A DNA stretch of 64,000 nt. Source: Acidobacteriota bacterium (GTDB taxonomy: Bacteria > Acidobacteriota > Vicinamibacteria > Vicinamibacterales > 2-12-FULL-66-21). The stretch spans positions 3,716 through 67,715 of the forward strand of contig JANMCN010000036.1 in NCBI GenBank assembly GCA_031361295.1, read 5' to 3'. Position 1 is the stretch's first letter, and each line of letters starts with the position of its first letter. The translations under genes and the position numbers were made by a program. The notes below the pieces were generated by a model. That model made no database searches, was not told where the DNA came from, and saw only the letters and a list, made by a program, of their open reading frames with translations. This document shows, piece by piece, positions 18,367-27,792 of this stretch.

Positions 18367-18434
18367 GAACTTTGAAGGCCTCTGACGCGGGAACCTTGCT
18401 ATAGTAACGTCCAACATCGCGTTGTGGAGGTTGC

Positions 18435-19793
18435 ATGAAAAGCCTGGCGTGGCGCCTGACGCTCCTGGGTTTGTTCGTCGCGGCAGCAGGCGTGGCGGCT
18501 TACTACGCGTGGACGGGATCGTCGCGCACGCGGCAGGATGCCCACGCCCTCAGCGCCTTCGAGACGTCGATTGTTGCGGCCGAGCGGGACGTTCTCGACC
18601 TGCGAGGCGCCCAGCAGGGTTACGTGGCCGCCGGACAAGGCGATCAGTTCTGGGCGTCGAAAGTGGACGCCGGCGTTGCGAGGCTTCGAGAAAGCCTGAT
18701 CGCCCTTCGCGCGCAGGCCACCGGCTCGCAGGCGCAGTCCGCGCTCGATTCCGCGTCGAGCGCGATCCAGGATTTCGAGCAGATGGACCACCGTGCGCGC
18801 GAGTACGCGCGAAGCGGCCAGAAACTCCTCGCCTCCGATCTGATTTTTGCCAACGGCTATGAACTGACGGCGGCGGCCTCCTCGGCTCTCGAAGACGCAC
18901 GCCTCGCCGAGCGGCTCCCGTACGAGACGAGCACAGCCGCCCTGGAACGACGTCGGCTCGAAGCCGCCGGCGCCGCGGTGGGTGTGGGGCTCGTCGTCAT
19001 CCTGCTGCTCGTCCCGACGGGCGTGGAACAGGCCGCGAGTCCCGAGATCGCCGCGCAGGCGAGCCCGCGGTTCGACAGGGCTCGTGGGCCGGAGCAGCCC
19101 GCGACGGCCTCGACGGTCGATGAGGAATGGTCCGCGGCCAGAGTCGTGCCGAATCAGGCCGCACAGCGCACGACCGCGTCCGCGGGTCAGACCTCGCGCA
19201 CACGCGCGACGGCAACGGTCGCGCCAGGCGCTCGAAAATCGATCGCGGAACCGGCAGCGCGGGACGCGGCTGGGCCCGGCGCGGCACCGCCCGTCGTCGT
19301 ACCGCCTGGGCCTGCGATCGACCTCACTGGCGTTGCCGCGCTCTGCTCGGATCTCGCGCGCGTCGTCGACACCTATGCCCTTCCCGCCATCCTCGAGCGC
19401 GCGGCGGCCGTCCTCGACGCCCCGGGTATCGTGCTGTGGATCGCGGACCCGGACGGCCAGGAACTGAGTCCGATTGTGACGCACGGTTATCCGCCGCAGC
19501 TGGTGTCGCGCCTCGGCACGATCCTGCGCGATGCCGAAAACGCCACGGCTTCCGCGTTCAGGACATCACTGCTCCAGACAGTGCGGACGGATTCGGTCTC
19601 GAATGGCGCCATCGCGGCGCCGCTGGTGACGCCCGCGGGGTGTGTCGGCGTGATGGCGGCCGAGGTTCGGCATTCCGGAGAAGCGGACGCGGCGAAGCGG
19701 GCGGTCGCCGCCATAGTGGCAGCGCAGCTCGCGACCCTGGTCGGACCCCCGTCGGCGCGCGGTCACGCGCGAGCGGAAGCCGCCGGCGCCTGA
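18435..19793 (+). CDS. two-TM sensor-like protein: periplasmic helical (CHASE3-like) region, Ala/Pro-rich linker, C-terminal GAF domain, no output domain
   Basis: TM helices at the N-terminus and at GVGLVVILLLVP. The C-terminal roughly 150 aa are GAF-like (LPAILERAAAVLDAPGIVLWIADPDG...). Confidence 0.6.
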   Translation: MKSLAWRLTLLGLFVAAAGVAAYYAWTGSSRTRQDAHALSAFETSIVAAERDVLDLRGAQQGYVAAGQGDQFWASKVDAGVARLRESLIALRAQATGSQAQSALDSASSAIQDFEQMDHRAREYARSGQKLLASDLIFANGYELTAAASSALEDARLAERLPYETSTAALERRRLEAAGAAVGVGLVVILLLVPTGVEQAASPEIAAQASPRFDRARGPEQPATASTVDEEWSAARVVPNQAAQRTTASAGQTSRTRATATVAPGARKSIAEPAARDAAGPGAAPPVVVPPGPAIDLTGVAALCSDLARVVDTYALPAILERAAAVLDAPGIVLWIADPDGQELSPIVTHGYPPQLVSRLGTILRDAENATASAFRTSLLQTVRTDSVSNGAIAAPLVTPAGCVGVMAAEVRHSGEADAAKRAVAAIVAAQLATLVGPPSARGHARAEAAGA

Positions 19794-19809
19794 CCGCGGC
19801 GACACCGGC

Positions 19810-20715
19810 TCAGAGCACCCTCGCCGCTCCGCGCGCTGCCCGCCGTTCGATCTTGCCCTTCAGCGTCAGCGCTTTTTTCTGGCGCAGCACGTCTGCCGTG
19901 AACTCGTCGCCGTCCTGCAGCCGTTGGATCCGGCTGCGCAGATCCGCCGGGTCCGAGACCTCGGCGCCATTGAACGCGGTCAGCACGTCACCGGCCTTAA
20001 AACCCGCCGCATGGGCGGCGGAGTTGTCCTCGACGGAGGTGACGAGCACGCCGCGCGAAGCACCGAAGTAGTCAGCCAGCTGGCTCGTGAGTGCAGACAT
20101 CCTGATTCCGAGCCCGGTCTGGGCACGCCACGGAAAGTCTTCAAATCCCGGGACGGGGGGCACGGGCGGGAGAGCCGGAGGACGGGGCGCTGCCGGCGGT
20201 GGTGGCGGAGCAAAGGCGAATCCGTCGCCGAACTCCTGCCCAAGATCCCGCAGGACCCGGGCGGTGTCGAGATTTCCCAGCAGGCGTACGGCGCCGCCCT
20301 CACGCAGCTCCACCCCCACGTCCACTCGATCGCTGCCACGCACCAGCAAAGCAGGGACGCGTCGTCCGGCAGGCGTCTCGTCGACGAGGCGCGTGAACTG
20401 CCGGACGCTTCTCACCCGTTCTCCATCGAACTCGATGATCACGTCACCCTTCCGGATGCCAGCCTTCTCAGCGGGACCACCCGCCACGACGTCGTCGATC
20501 AGCACTCCGCGTGGGACGGCCGTGCTCTTCGCGCCGTCGCGATCGACTTCGCGGACCGAGACGCCGAGCTCACTGCCGCGTCCCGCCAGCACGTCGAGCG
20601 CGCGCGGCACCCGCTCCGCCCGCACCTGTCCGTGAAGCGCGGGCCCGAGCCCCGCCATGAGCACGACGGCAGCAATCGCCGCCCCTGATCGGGCGCCTGA
20701 CTTCCATGATTCCAT
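19810..20715 (-). CDS. secreted tandem-PDZ protein
   Basis: Start set to the ATG at 20715, with GGAGGA upstream. Signal peptide present. Two PDZ-like segments (GVLIDDVVAGGPAEKAGIRKGDVI; GVLVTSVEDNSAAHAAGFKAGDVL). Confidence 0.75.
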   Translation of the reverse strand: MESWKSGARSGAAIAAVVLMAGLGPALHGQVRAERVPRALDVLAGRGSELGVSVREVDRDGAKSTAVPRGVLIDDVVAGGPAEKAGIRKGDVIIEFDGERVRSVRQFTRLVDETPAGRRVPALLVRGSDRVDVGVELREGGAVRLLGNLDTARVLRDLGQEFGDGFAFAPPPPPAAPRPPALPPVPPVPGFEDFPWRAQTGLGIRMSALTSQLADYFGASRGVLVTSVEDNSAAHAAGFKAGDVLTAFNGAEVSDPADLRSRIQRLQDGDEFTADVLRQKKALTLKGKIERRAARGAARVL

Positions 20716-21051
20716 ACATCCTCCGAACAACCGGTCGAACCGTCCAACCCGGCCGCTACCGCGGTCGACTCTCCGGCAGGTGAGACGAAGCCCTTCCCGA
20801 AAAGGTTGAACGTTCGTCCGGCTTCGAGGTCACGGGCGTCCACGGGACAGGACGCGCCCAGGCGATGCGGCCTCGCTTTTGCTCGACAAACGCGGCGGGA
20901 CGGCGCTCGGCCGCAGGCACAGCGTTTGATGGAGCAGTCGTGTCGCGCGGAATCAACGGGGTGCGTAACTCAGGCAGGCGCTGGCATCGCCGCATCCCGC
21001 CGTAAGTCAGTCGATTCCGCGCGGCGCTTCTTTTTTCGGGGAGGGTGTCAC

Positions 21052-21417
21052 ATGGCAAAATCGCTTATGCGTCTCGTCGCACCGTTCGCGCTCATCGCGA
21101 CGCTGTCGGGGTGCGCACTGACCCTCGGACACCCGAGCGTCGCCGAACTCAAATACAACCCGGGCCGGTATCAGAACCGGACCGTATCGATCGACGGCGT
21201 CGTCACCAGCTCATGGGGCGTGCCGCTGATGCCCTTCAAGCTCTACAAAGTCGACGACGGCACGGGGGAAATGACGGTCCTGGCGCAGGGCGGCCGCGTG
21301 CCGACCCGGGGTTCGCACGTGCGCGTGAAAGGTCGCGTCAACGACGTGGCGACGTTCGGAGGCCAGTCGGTCGGGCTGCATCTCGAACAGACCGGCATCC
21401 GCTTCGACAGACGGTGA
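21052..21417 (+). CDS. small lipoprotein, OB-fold-like
   Basis: Start MAKSLMRLVAPFALIATLSGC (lipobox LSGC). A GGGGAGGG SD lies upstream. Confidence 0.6.
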   Translation: MAKSLMRLVAPFALIATLSGCALTLGHPSVAELKYNPGRYQNRTVSIDGVVTSSWGVPLMPFKLYKVDDGTGEMTVLAQGGRVPTRGSHVRVKGRVNDVATFGGQSVGLHLEQTGIRFDRR

Positions 21418-21459
21418 CCGCGCCGGTTCCATCCGGCACTCGGGAGGGATCAGGCGCGC

Positions 21460-23262
21460 CTAGGTCGTGATGCGCACGGCCACCGCGGTCATGTCGTCGT
21501 TGGGTGGCGTCTCCCCCCGCCAGTCGTGCACGGCGGCGAAGATCCCCTCGACGATTCGTGCGGGCGGGAGATCGCGCAGCCTCCCCACGACCTCCAGGAG
21601 GCGCGCGGCGGTGAATTCCTGGCCGCTCTTGTTCATCGCTTCGTAAACGCCGTCGGTGCAAATCACGAAGAGGTCCCCCATGTGGAGGGGGAACGAGACC
21701 TCGTCGTACGTGGAGCCTTGGAACGAACCGAGCGGAACGCCGGGCAGCTCGATCTGCGAGCAGCTGTCGGCGGTACAGCGAATCGGGTACGGCAGGCCGG
21801 AGTTCGCCAGCGTCATGATGCGCCGTTTCAGGTCGAACACCGTGTAGCAGAGCGTGCAGTAATACTCCTCGAGCTGCCGCTGCTGCAGGATCGTGTTGAC
21901 TGACGACAACACGCCTGCGGGGCTCGACCGGTCGGGCAGATACCGCCGCCGGAACGTGCGGCCTCGAATCAGCTCGGCGGCGAACACGCTGTACAGCGCG
22001 GCCGGCACGCCCTTCCCGGACACGTCACCCACCGCGACGACCAGCGTGTGCGATTCCGGGGACAGATAGTCGTGGAAGTCGCCGCCTAGCTCAAGCGCCG
22101 GCGCGAAGGCCGCCGCGACGTCGATGCCCTTGAGCCGCTTCGGCGGCGCCGCGGGCAGCAGGGCCGTCTGCACGCGCTGCGCAAACCGAAGCTCCTTCTC
22201 GAGCCGGTCCTCGTTCGACCGGACCTCCTCGTACAGGCGCGCGTTCTCGATGGCCACGGCGGCCTGGCTGGCCAGCAGCGTGAGAATCTCGACGTCGCGT
22301 TTGCTGAACGCGTCGAGCTCCGGACTCTCGAGGTCGACGACGCCGATGCACCGGTCCTTCAGGAGCAGCGGGATCGCCAGCTCCGATCGGACGTCCGGCA
22401 CCAGCTTGATGTAGCGCGGATCCTGCGACACGTCGGCGACGAGGACCGCCTCGCGGTGCAGTGCCGCGTAGCCCACGAGCCCTTCGCCCAGGCGCAACGG
22501 GGGAACCTGCACCTTCTCGCCGTACTGCACCGCGAGCTTCATCTCGAGCTCGCCGCGCTCTTCGTTCAACAGCAGGATGCCGAACGTGCGGTACTCGATC
22601 AGCCGCTTCGTCGATTGCGCGATCCGTGCGAACAGCTCGTCGGGCGCGAGCACCGACGCGACTTCGCGGCCGATCTCCGCCAGGGTCTCGAACGCTTCGG
22701 CGTCGCTCCGGCTCCGCTCGAAGAGCCTCGCGTTGATGAGCGCGACGGCGACATGCGCCCCGAACTGCCTGACGATGTCGACGTCGCGCGGCGTGAACTG
22801 GTCACGGTTGCGACTGAGGATGTTGAGCGCCCCGATGGGCCGCGACTTGTGCAGCAGCGGCACGACGATTTCCGAGTTCATGCCCGGCACGAACTCGATG
22901 TAGCGGGAGTCGGCGAGCAGGTCGTTGACGAGGAGCGGCTGCTCGCTCGCGACCGCGGCGCCGACGAGTCCCGCACCGAGCTTGAGCCGCAGCGGCTTGC
23001 CGGACTCGGGATACCCCACCGAGTACGCCGACCGAAGCTCGCCGCGCCGTTCGTCGAGGAGGTACACCGCGAAAGCTTCGAACGAAATCAGCCGCCCGAT
23101 CAGCCGCGGAATCTGGTGGAGCAGCTCATCGAGGTCCAGGACACTCGTCACCTGGCGCCCGAGGTCGAACAATGTCGTCAGGAGCTCGTGCTCGGCGTAG
23201 CCCGCCTGGGTGCCCGGCGCCGGTTCGGCGGGTGCCCTGTCCGATGGAATGCCTTGGCTCAC
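21460..23262 (-). CDS. GAF-GAF-PP2C (SpoIIE-type) phosphatase
   Basis: 600 aa with two GAF-like halves. C-terminal GGDFHDY, GDVSGKG, ICTDGVYEA and DDMTAVAV motifs. Confidence 0.85.
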   Translation of the reverse strand: MSQGIPSDRAPAEPAPGTQAGYAEHELLTTLFDLGRQVTSVLDLDELLHQIPRLIGRLISFEAFAVYLLDERRGELRSAYSVGYPESGKPLRLKLGAGLVGAAVASEQPLLVNDLLADSRYIEFVPGMNSEIVVPLLHKSRPIGALNILSRNRDQFTPRDVDIVRQFGAHVAVALINARLFERSRSDAEAFETLAEIGREVASVLAPDELFARIAQSTKRLIEYRTFGILLLNEERGELEMKLAVQYGEKVQVPPLRLGEGLVGYAALHREAVLVADVSQDPRYIKLVPDVRSELAIPLLLKDRCIGVVDLESPELDAFSKRDVEILTLLASQAAVAIENARLYEEVRSNEDRLEKELRFAQRVQTALLPAAPPKRLKGIDVAAAFAPALELGGDFHDYLSPESHTLVVAVGDVSGKGVPAALYSVFAAELIRGRTFRRRYLPDRSSPAGVLSSVNTILQQRQLEEYYCTLCYTVFDLKRRIMTLANSGLPYPIRCTADSCSQIELPGVPLGSFQGSTYDEVSFPLHMGDLFVICTDGVYEAMNKSGQEFTAARLLEVVGRLRDLPPARIVEGIFAAVHDWRGETPPNDDMTAVAVRITT

Positions 23263-23366
23263 TTTCGACGTGCGTCCTTCCGCTGGTGGGAATCCAGATT
23301 ATACTTCCCCGTTATCGAACGCCGGCCGCCGCGCACTCTGGCGGCCCTGGCCCCCTGGCACCCTGC

Positions 23367-23846
23367 ATGAACATCTCGCTGCCCCTCGACTACAGCGCCA
23401 TCGAGCGGATCCTTCCGCACCGCTACCCGTTCCTGCTCGTCGACCGCGTCACGGAATTCGAGCCGGACAAGCGGATCGTCGGGATCAAGAACGTCACGCT
23501 CAATGAGCGGTATCTGGCGCATCGTCCGGGGGAGCTGCCCGTGCTGCCGCCGACGATCCTGACGGAAGCCGTCGCGCAGGTTGGCGCCATCATGATCCTG
23601 GCAAAGCCTGAAAACCGCGAGAAGCTCATCTACTTTGCGGGCATCGAGCGGGTGCGGTATCGGCGTGCGGTGCACCCTGGCGACGTCGTGGTGATCGAAG
23701 CCCACGTCCGCCGGCTTCGGAGCCGGATGGGACTCCTTCGCGGGGTCGCCCGCGTCAACGGCCAGGTCGTGGTCGAGGGCACGATGACGTTCGCGCTCGG
23801 CCCGCGCCACGACGGCACGCAGGCGCTGCAGGGCGATCGGCCCTAG
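23367..23846 (+). CDS. fabZ: 3-hydroxyacyl-ACP dehydratase
   Basis: Start MNISLPLDYSAIERILPHRYPFLLVDRV, followed by PVLPPTILTEAVAQ. Confidence 0.9.
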   Translation: MNISLPLDYSAIERILPHRYPFLLVDRVTEFEPDKRIVGIKNVTLNERYLAHRPGELPVLPPTILTEAVAQVGAIMILAKPENREKLIYFAGIERVRYRRAVHPGDVVVIEAHVRRLRSRMGLLRGVARVNGQVVVEGTMTFALGPRHDGTQALQGDRP

Positions 23847-24595
23847 CGCACCACCATCACGACCAGTCCGATCTTGACCGCGCGCGACGCCCACGATGCG
23901 CCCCTGGCGCTTGGGTGGTAATACCGCCAGGCATCCAGGAACGCCGGGGCGAGCAGCAGCGCGCCGATGACACGTTCGTCCACGCGCGCGGCCGTCGCCA
24001 TGCCGCGCGTGTCGCGCTCGGCGGGGCCCGTTTTCGCGAACGCGGCGCCTGCGTACGCGACGGATGCCAGAACGTTGAACGCAAAAACACCCTTGGCGAG
24101 CGGGGCCCGTTCGCGGCGCAGCTGTGGCCGACGATCGAGCAGCAGCTCGTTTTCCGCATGCTGAACCCAGAAGCCGGCCGACGAGATCGTGAACTCCTGT
24201 CTGGGTGGGAGCCCGTTCCGATGGGTAATCGCGAAGAAGGGCACGCCGTGGAAGTCCACCTTCCGAAGTCCCGGTTTTTCACCGAACGCGACATCGGCGA
24301 TCACATGGCCGATTTCGTGGGTGGCCAGGCCTGTGGCGCCCCCAGCCAGAAAAGATGCAATCCGCTTCCCTGTCGAGTCATCCTGCGGCGGCGGTCTCTG
24401 CGGCACCGACTGAGCCGAGACCCGGCACGCCACCGCAAGTAGCACGAGACAGAGGAGTAAGGGCGGTGGGGGGGGCCGTTTCCGGCCCGCGCTCCGGGCG
24501 GCACAGTGGTTGCTCTGCTGTAAGTCCGTGACATAACACGCCGCCCGAGGGTCGGCGTCAAGGAGAAGGCACATGCTCGAAACGATTGCGATCAT
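23843..24595 (-). CDS. hypothetical secreted/membrane protein with HExxH motif (start uncertain)
   Basis: Signal-like RKRPPPPPLLLCLVLLAVACRVSAQS, then LATHEIGHVIADVAFG. No clean start codon precedes the signal. Candidates are ATG at 24595 or 24574, or GTG at 24445. Confidence 0.45.
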   Translation of the reverse strand: MIAIVSSMCLLLDADPRAACYVTDLQQSNHCAARSAGRKRPPPPPLLLCLVLLAVACRVSAQSVPQRPPPQDDSTGKRIASFLAGGATGLATHEIGHVIADVAFGEKPGLRKVDFHGVPFFAITHRNGLPPRQEFTISSAGFWVQHAENELLLDRRPQLRRERAPLAKGVFAFNVLASVAYAGAAFAKTGPAERDTRGMATAARVDERVIGALLLAPAFLDAWRYYHPSARGASWASRAVKIGLVVMVVR

Positions 24596-24719
24596 CCTTA
24601 TCGTTCTCTGGCTCCTCGGGATGGTCAGCGGCTACACACTCGGGAACTTCATCTACGTCCTGCTGGTCGTGGCGATCGTGCTGTTCCTCGTGCGGCTGAT
24701 CAGCGGACGCCGGGTTTAA
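24573..24719 (+). CDS. 48-aa two-TM membrane protein (lmo0937/DUF5670-like)
   Basis: Hand-found and below the track cutoff. Sequence MLETIAIILIVLWLLGMVSGYTLGNFIYVLLVVAIVLFLVRLISGRRV. An AAGGAGAAGG SD lies 3 nt upstream. Confidence 0.65.
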   Translation: MLETIAIILIVLWLLGMVSGYTLGNFIYVLLVVAIVLFLVRLISGRRV

Positions 24720-25659
24720 GCAGGACGCGCCCGAGACGGGGATGATACGCGGTGAAATCCCCGTCGCGACGGTCGTCCTGCACATGGCGGCGCACCTGGT
24801 GGAGCGTCGCGTCGAGATCGTCCATCGCAGAGAAGATGAACGCCTCGACGCTCATCGGTTCGACGGGAGAACCGTGTTCGCGAGCGCCGTGGTGTGAAAC
24901 GATCAGATGCTCGATGCGGGTCTGCAGGTCGTCAGGAAAACCCTGAATCTGCCGGGCCGCATCGCGCATCAACTGCACGCCCAGGGTGACGTGGCCGATC
25001 AGGTTGCCACGGGTCGTATAGGCCGTCGCGCCGTCGTACGTGAGCTCGTCCAGTTTGCCCAGGTCGTGTAACACGGCGGCAGCCAGCAGCAGGTCGGCGT
25101 CGGCGTCGTACGCGCGGGCGAGCAGCTCGCCGACTTCGGCGAGCTTCACCACGTGCTCCAGCAACCCGGACCGATAGGCGTGGTGGACGGTTAGCGCCGC
25201 CGGCCATACGCGGAGGCGCTCGCGGTGCTGCACGAGTAGACGCGTGAGCAGTTGCCGCAGCCAGGGATTGCCCGCGCGGGCGACCCGCGCTTCGAGCTCC
25301 CGCCACATGTCGTCCACCGGGCGCGGCGAGCACGGTACGCACTCCTCCTCCCGGAACCCGTCCAGGCGATCCTGCGCCGCGTTCACCCGGCGGATCTTTT
25401 CCAGGACGAGCTCGAGCCGTTCGCGATGGCGGTTGCCACGGCCCTGCACCTTGACGAACTCCCCTGCTTCGAACTCCTGCTCGAGCGCCGCCACATCCTC
25501 GAATACCTTGGCGTCGATCTGACCTGAGACGTCCTGCAGGACGATCGACAGGAAGGTTCCGCCGTCGCGCCCTGTCCTGATCTCCTTCCGCGCACACAGA
25601 AAGAAGGACCAGCCAGCCGAGGACTCGTCGAGTTTGTCGATCGATGGGAGGCGGGACAT
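24700..25659 (-). CDS. OB-fold + HD-domain nuclease (YhaM-like 3'-5' exoribonuclease family)
   Basis: Start MSRLPSIDKL. OB-fold region FLSIVLQDVSGQIDAKVF. HD motifs VHHAYRSGLLEH, LHDLGK and SHHG. Confidence 0.8.
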   Translation of the reverse strand: MSRLPSIDKLDESSAGWSFFLCARKEIRTGRDGGTFLSIVLQDVSGQIDAKVFEDVAALEQEFEAGEFVKVQGRGNRHRERLELVLEKIRRVNAAQDRLDGFREEECVPCSPRPVDDMWRELEARVARAGNPWLRQLLTRLLVQHRERLRVWPAALTVHHAYRSGLLEHVVKLAEVGELLARAYDADADLLLAAAVLHDLGKLDELTYDGATAYTTRGNLIGHVTLGVQLMRDAARQIQGFPDDLQTRIEHLIVSHHGAREHGSPVEPMSVEAFIFSAMDDLDATLHQVRRHVQDDRRDGDFTAYHPRLGRVLLKPGVR

Positions 25660-25705
25660 CTGGCGGATGGTACCGGTTCGGAGGGCGGGGTTCAAGACTC
25701 GACGC

Positions 25706-26671
25706 TCAGGCTCCCGACTCGATGTTCAGCGGGCGAGCTTCCGCGTTCGCTGGAAGCACCCTTCGCGAGGACGATGGCTCTTTCAACCGCACGACGGCGA
25801 CGCCGACGAACACGAGGGCTGCGGCAGCCGCCATGCGCCGATCGAACGGCTCCCCCAGGAAGATCACGCCGAGGGCCACGGCAATCACCGGATTGATATA
25901 CGCGTAGAGCGAGACGAATGAGACCGGCAGATGACGAAGGGCGTAGGTGTAGGCGACGAATCCGCCGATCGCTCCCACCGTCGCCATGTACGTCAGCGCC
26001 ACGGCCGTGCGGGGAGTGAAGAAGAGATGCGCCCACTCGCCGCGCAGGGTGCCGGCCGCGAGCATCATCAGTCCGCCGGCGAGCATCTGATACGCCGTGG
26101 TCCCGAGCACGTTATCCGCCCGCCCGTGACGGCGCGAGTACGCCGACCCGAGCGACCAGCCGAACGCGGCAATCTGCAGCGCAATGACGCCCATGAGAAA
26201 TTTATGGCCCGCTCCCCCGTCCAGCTTCAGATCGGGCCAGACAAGGACCAGGATCCCGGCAAACCCAATCAGCAGGCCGAGGATCACTTTGCCGCGGAGA
26301 CGATCGCCATCCGGCAGGCACGCTTCGACGCCGGCCATCCAGAACGGCGAACAGGCAACGAGCACGGCGGCGAGGCCGCTCGGCACCCACTGCTCCGCCA
26401 CGACGACGCCACCATTCCCGAGGCCGAGGAGCAGGAACCCGAGCAGCAGGATGCCTCCCCAGCGCGACGGGGGTGGCAGCCGATGCCCCCGCAGCGCGAC
26501 GAAGGAGGCGAGCAGTGCGCCGGCAATCGTCCATCGCAGGCCGCCCATCAGCGCCGGCGGCATCGTTTCGAGGCTGACACGGATCCCGAGGTACGTCGTC
26601 CCCCAGATGAGGCAGACCATCACCCAGGCCACATAGGCCTGCCGGCGCTGACGCGACGAGGTAGCCGTCAC
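25706..26671 (-). CDS. EamA/DMT-family transporter
   Basis: Predicted 10-TM protein with duplicated EamA halves. Confidence 0.85.
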   Translation of the reverse strand: MTATSSRQRRQAYVAWVMVCLIWGTTYLGIRVSLETMPPALMGGLRWTIAGALLASFVALRGHRLPPPSRWGGILLLGFLLLGLGNGGVVVAEQWVPSGLAAVLVACSPFWMAGVEACLPDGDRLRGKVILGLLIGFAGILVLVWPDLKLDGGAGHKFLMGVIALQIAAFGWSLGSAYSRRHGRADNVLGTTAYQMLAGGLMMLAAGTLRGEWAHLFFTPRTAVALTYMATVGAIGGFVAYTYALRHLPVSFVSLYAYINPVIAVALGVIFLGEPFDRRMAAAAALVFVGVAVVRLKEPSSSRRVLPANAEARPLNIESGA

Positions 26672-27156
26672 GAGATGCTCTCCGGCGCGCGCGTGATGTG
26701 GAGGCGCGATGTTTCTTTCGTCGTTTCAAGCACGATGGTGGTGCGCGTCGACCTGACGCCCGGGATTCGACCCAGGCGTGTCCGCAGGAGCAAACCGAGA
26801 TGCTCGGCATCCCGCGCACGCACTTTCACCAGGTAGCAGTCTTCGCCCGCGACGTGGTGAACCTCGAGGACTTCCGGGCACTCCGCGAGCGATCGCGCGA
26901 CGCTGTCGTCGCCCGGCCCGTGCTCGCTGCGGACGGACACGAACGCCAGCATCCCCTGGTCCAGCGCCCGGGGGTCGAGTTGCGCGACATACCCGCGAAT
27001 GACGCCACGGGACTCCAGCTTCCGGATGCGTTCCTGGATGGCGGAGGGCGCTAGCCCGACCGCGCGGGCGATCTCAACCTGAGTCTCGCGGGCATTAGAC
27101 TGGAGAATATCCAGTATGGACATGTCTATGTCGCTGATTGTTCTGTCCGTGGCCAC
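26668..27156 (-). CDS. Lrp/AsnC-family transcriptional regulator
   Basis: N-terminal HTH (DILQSNARETQVEIARAVGLAPSAIQERIRKLE) plus a RAM domain. 4-nt overlap with the downstream EamA gene. Confidence 0.9.
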   Translation of the reverse strand: MATDRTISDIDMSILDILQSNARETQVEIARAVGLAPSAIQERIRKLESRGVIRGYVAQLDPRALDQGMLAFVSVRSEHGPGDDSVARSLAECPEVLEVHHVAGEDCYLVKVRARDAEHLGLLLRTRLGRIPGVRSTRTTIVLETTKETSRLHITRAPESIS

Positions 27157-27792
27157 TATGGCTGAACTTTATCATGGTTCGGTGGATGCGCAGCCGTGCC
27201 GGGTCCGTGATGGTTTGGCAGCGTCACCATAAGCGCCCCCGCGCCGTTCGACCGATGTCCGTTACGTCGCGGCTTCGCTCCGCCATTAGGTCCATTCCCC
27301 GATTCAATCCGGCACTAATTCTGCTTAACGCCGGGTCGGAACAATCTGCCTCCGGCAATCTGCACTGAAGCCTGACAAATGGCCGACAAAAAATGGAGTC
27401 GGAGTCCGAAATTGCTGCACGACTCCGCTCGATCGCGGAGGAACTGCGGGCACAGAGACTCGCGGCAGTCGGTCGGGCCAAGCCGCCCCGGGACCAGCAG
27501 AGGAGCGAGGCCGCGGAGATGAAGAACGGACCGCGGCCCCGCAAGAGACGCTGATGGCCACCTGCCCGGACTGTCACGGCTTTCTATCCGACACGCATTC
27601 CTGAGTCGGCCGTAGACGGCGCCGTGCGCGCCGTGTGCAGGTCGTTGGCGGCGCCACTGCGGGTGCGGCAATCCTCTCCCTCGTCATGACCGAGAGTGCG
27701 CTGTGGATGGTTTCGGCGGCCGTCGTCGGAGCGCTCGTCGCCGGCGAGATCTGCCGGGAGTGAACTGGTCCGCCTGGCGGCGCTTGTGGCCT

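Noticed and set aside
23354-23369. TGGCAC hexamer just upstream of fabZ as a sigma-54 promoter
   Set aside because: The position where GC of the -12 element should fall reads GA. The motif also abuts the start codon itself, leaving no room for a transcript leader.
27157-27392. Low-GC stretch inspected for a tRNA or structured ncRNA (TTCAATCC resembling a T-loop)
   Set aside because: The flanking bases cannot form a T-arm or acceptor stem, and no cloverleaf could be drawn. The stretch is left unannotated.
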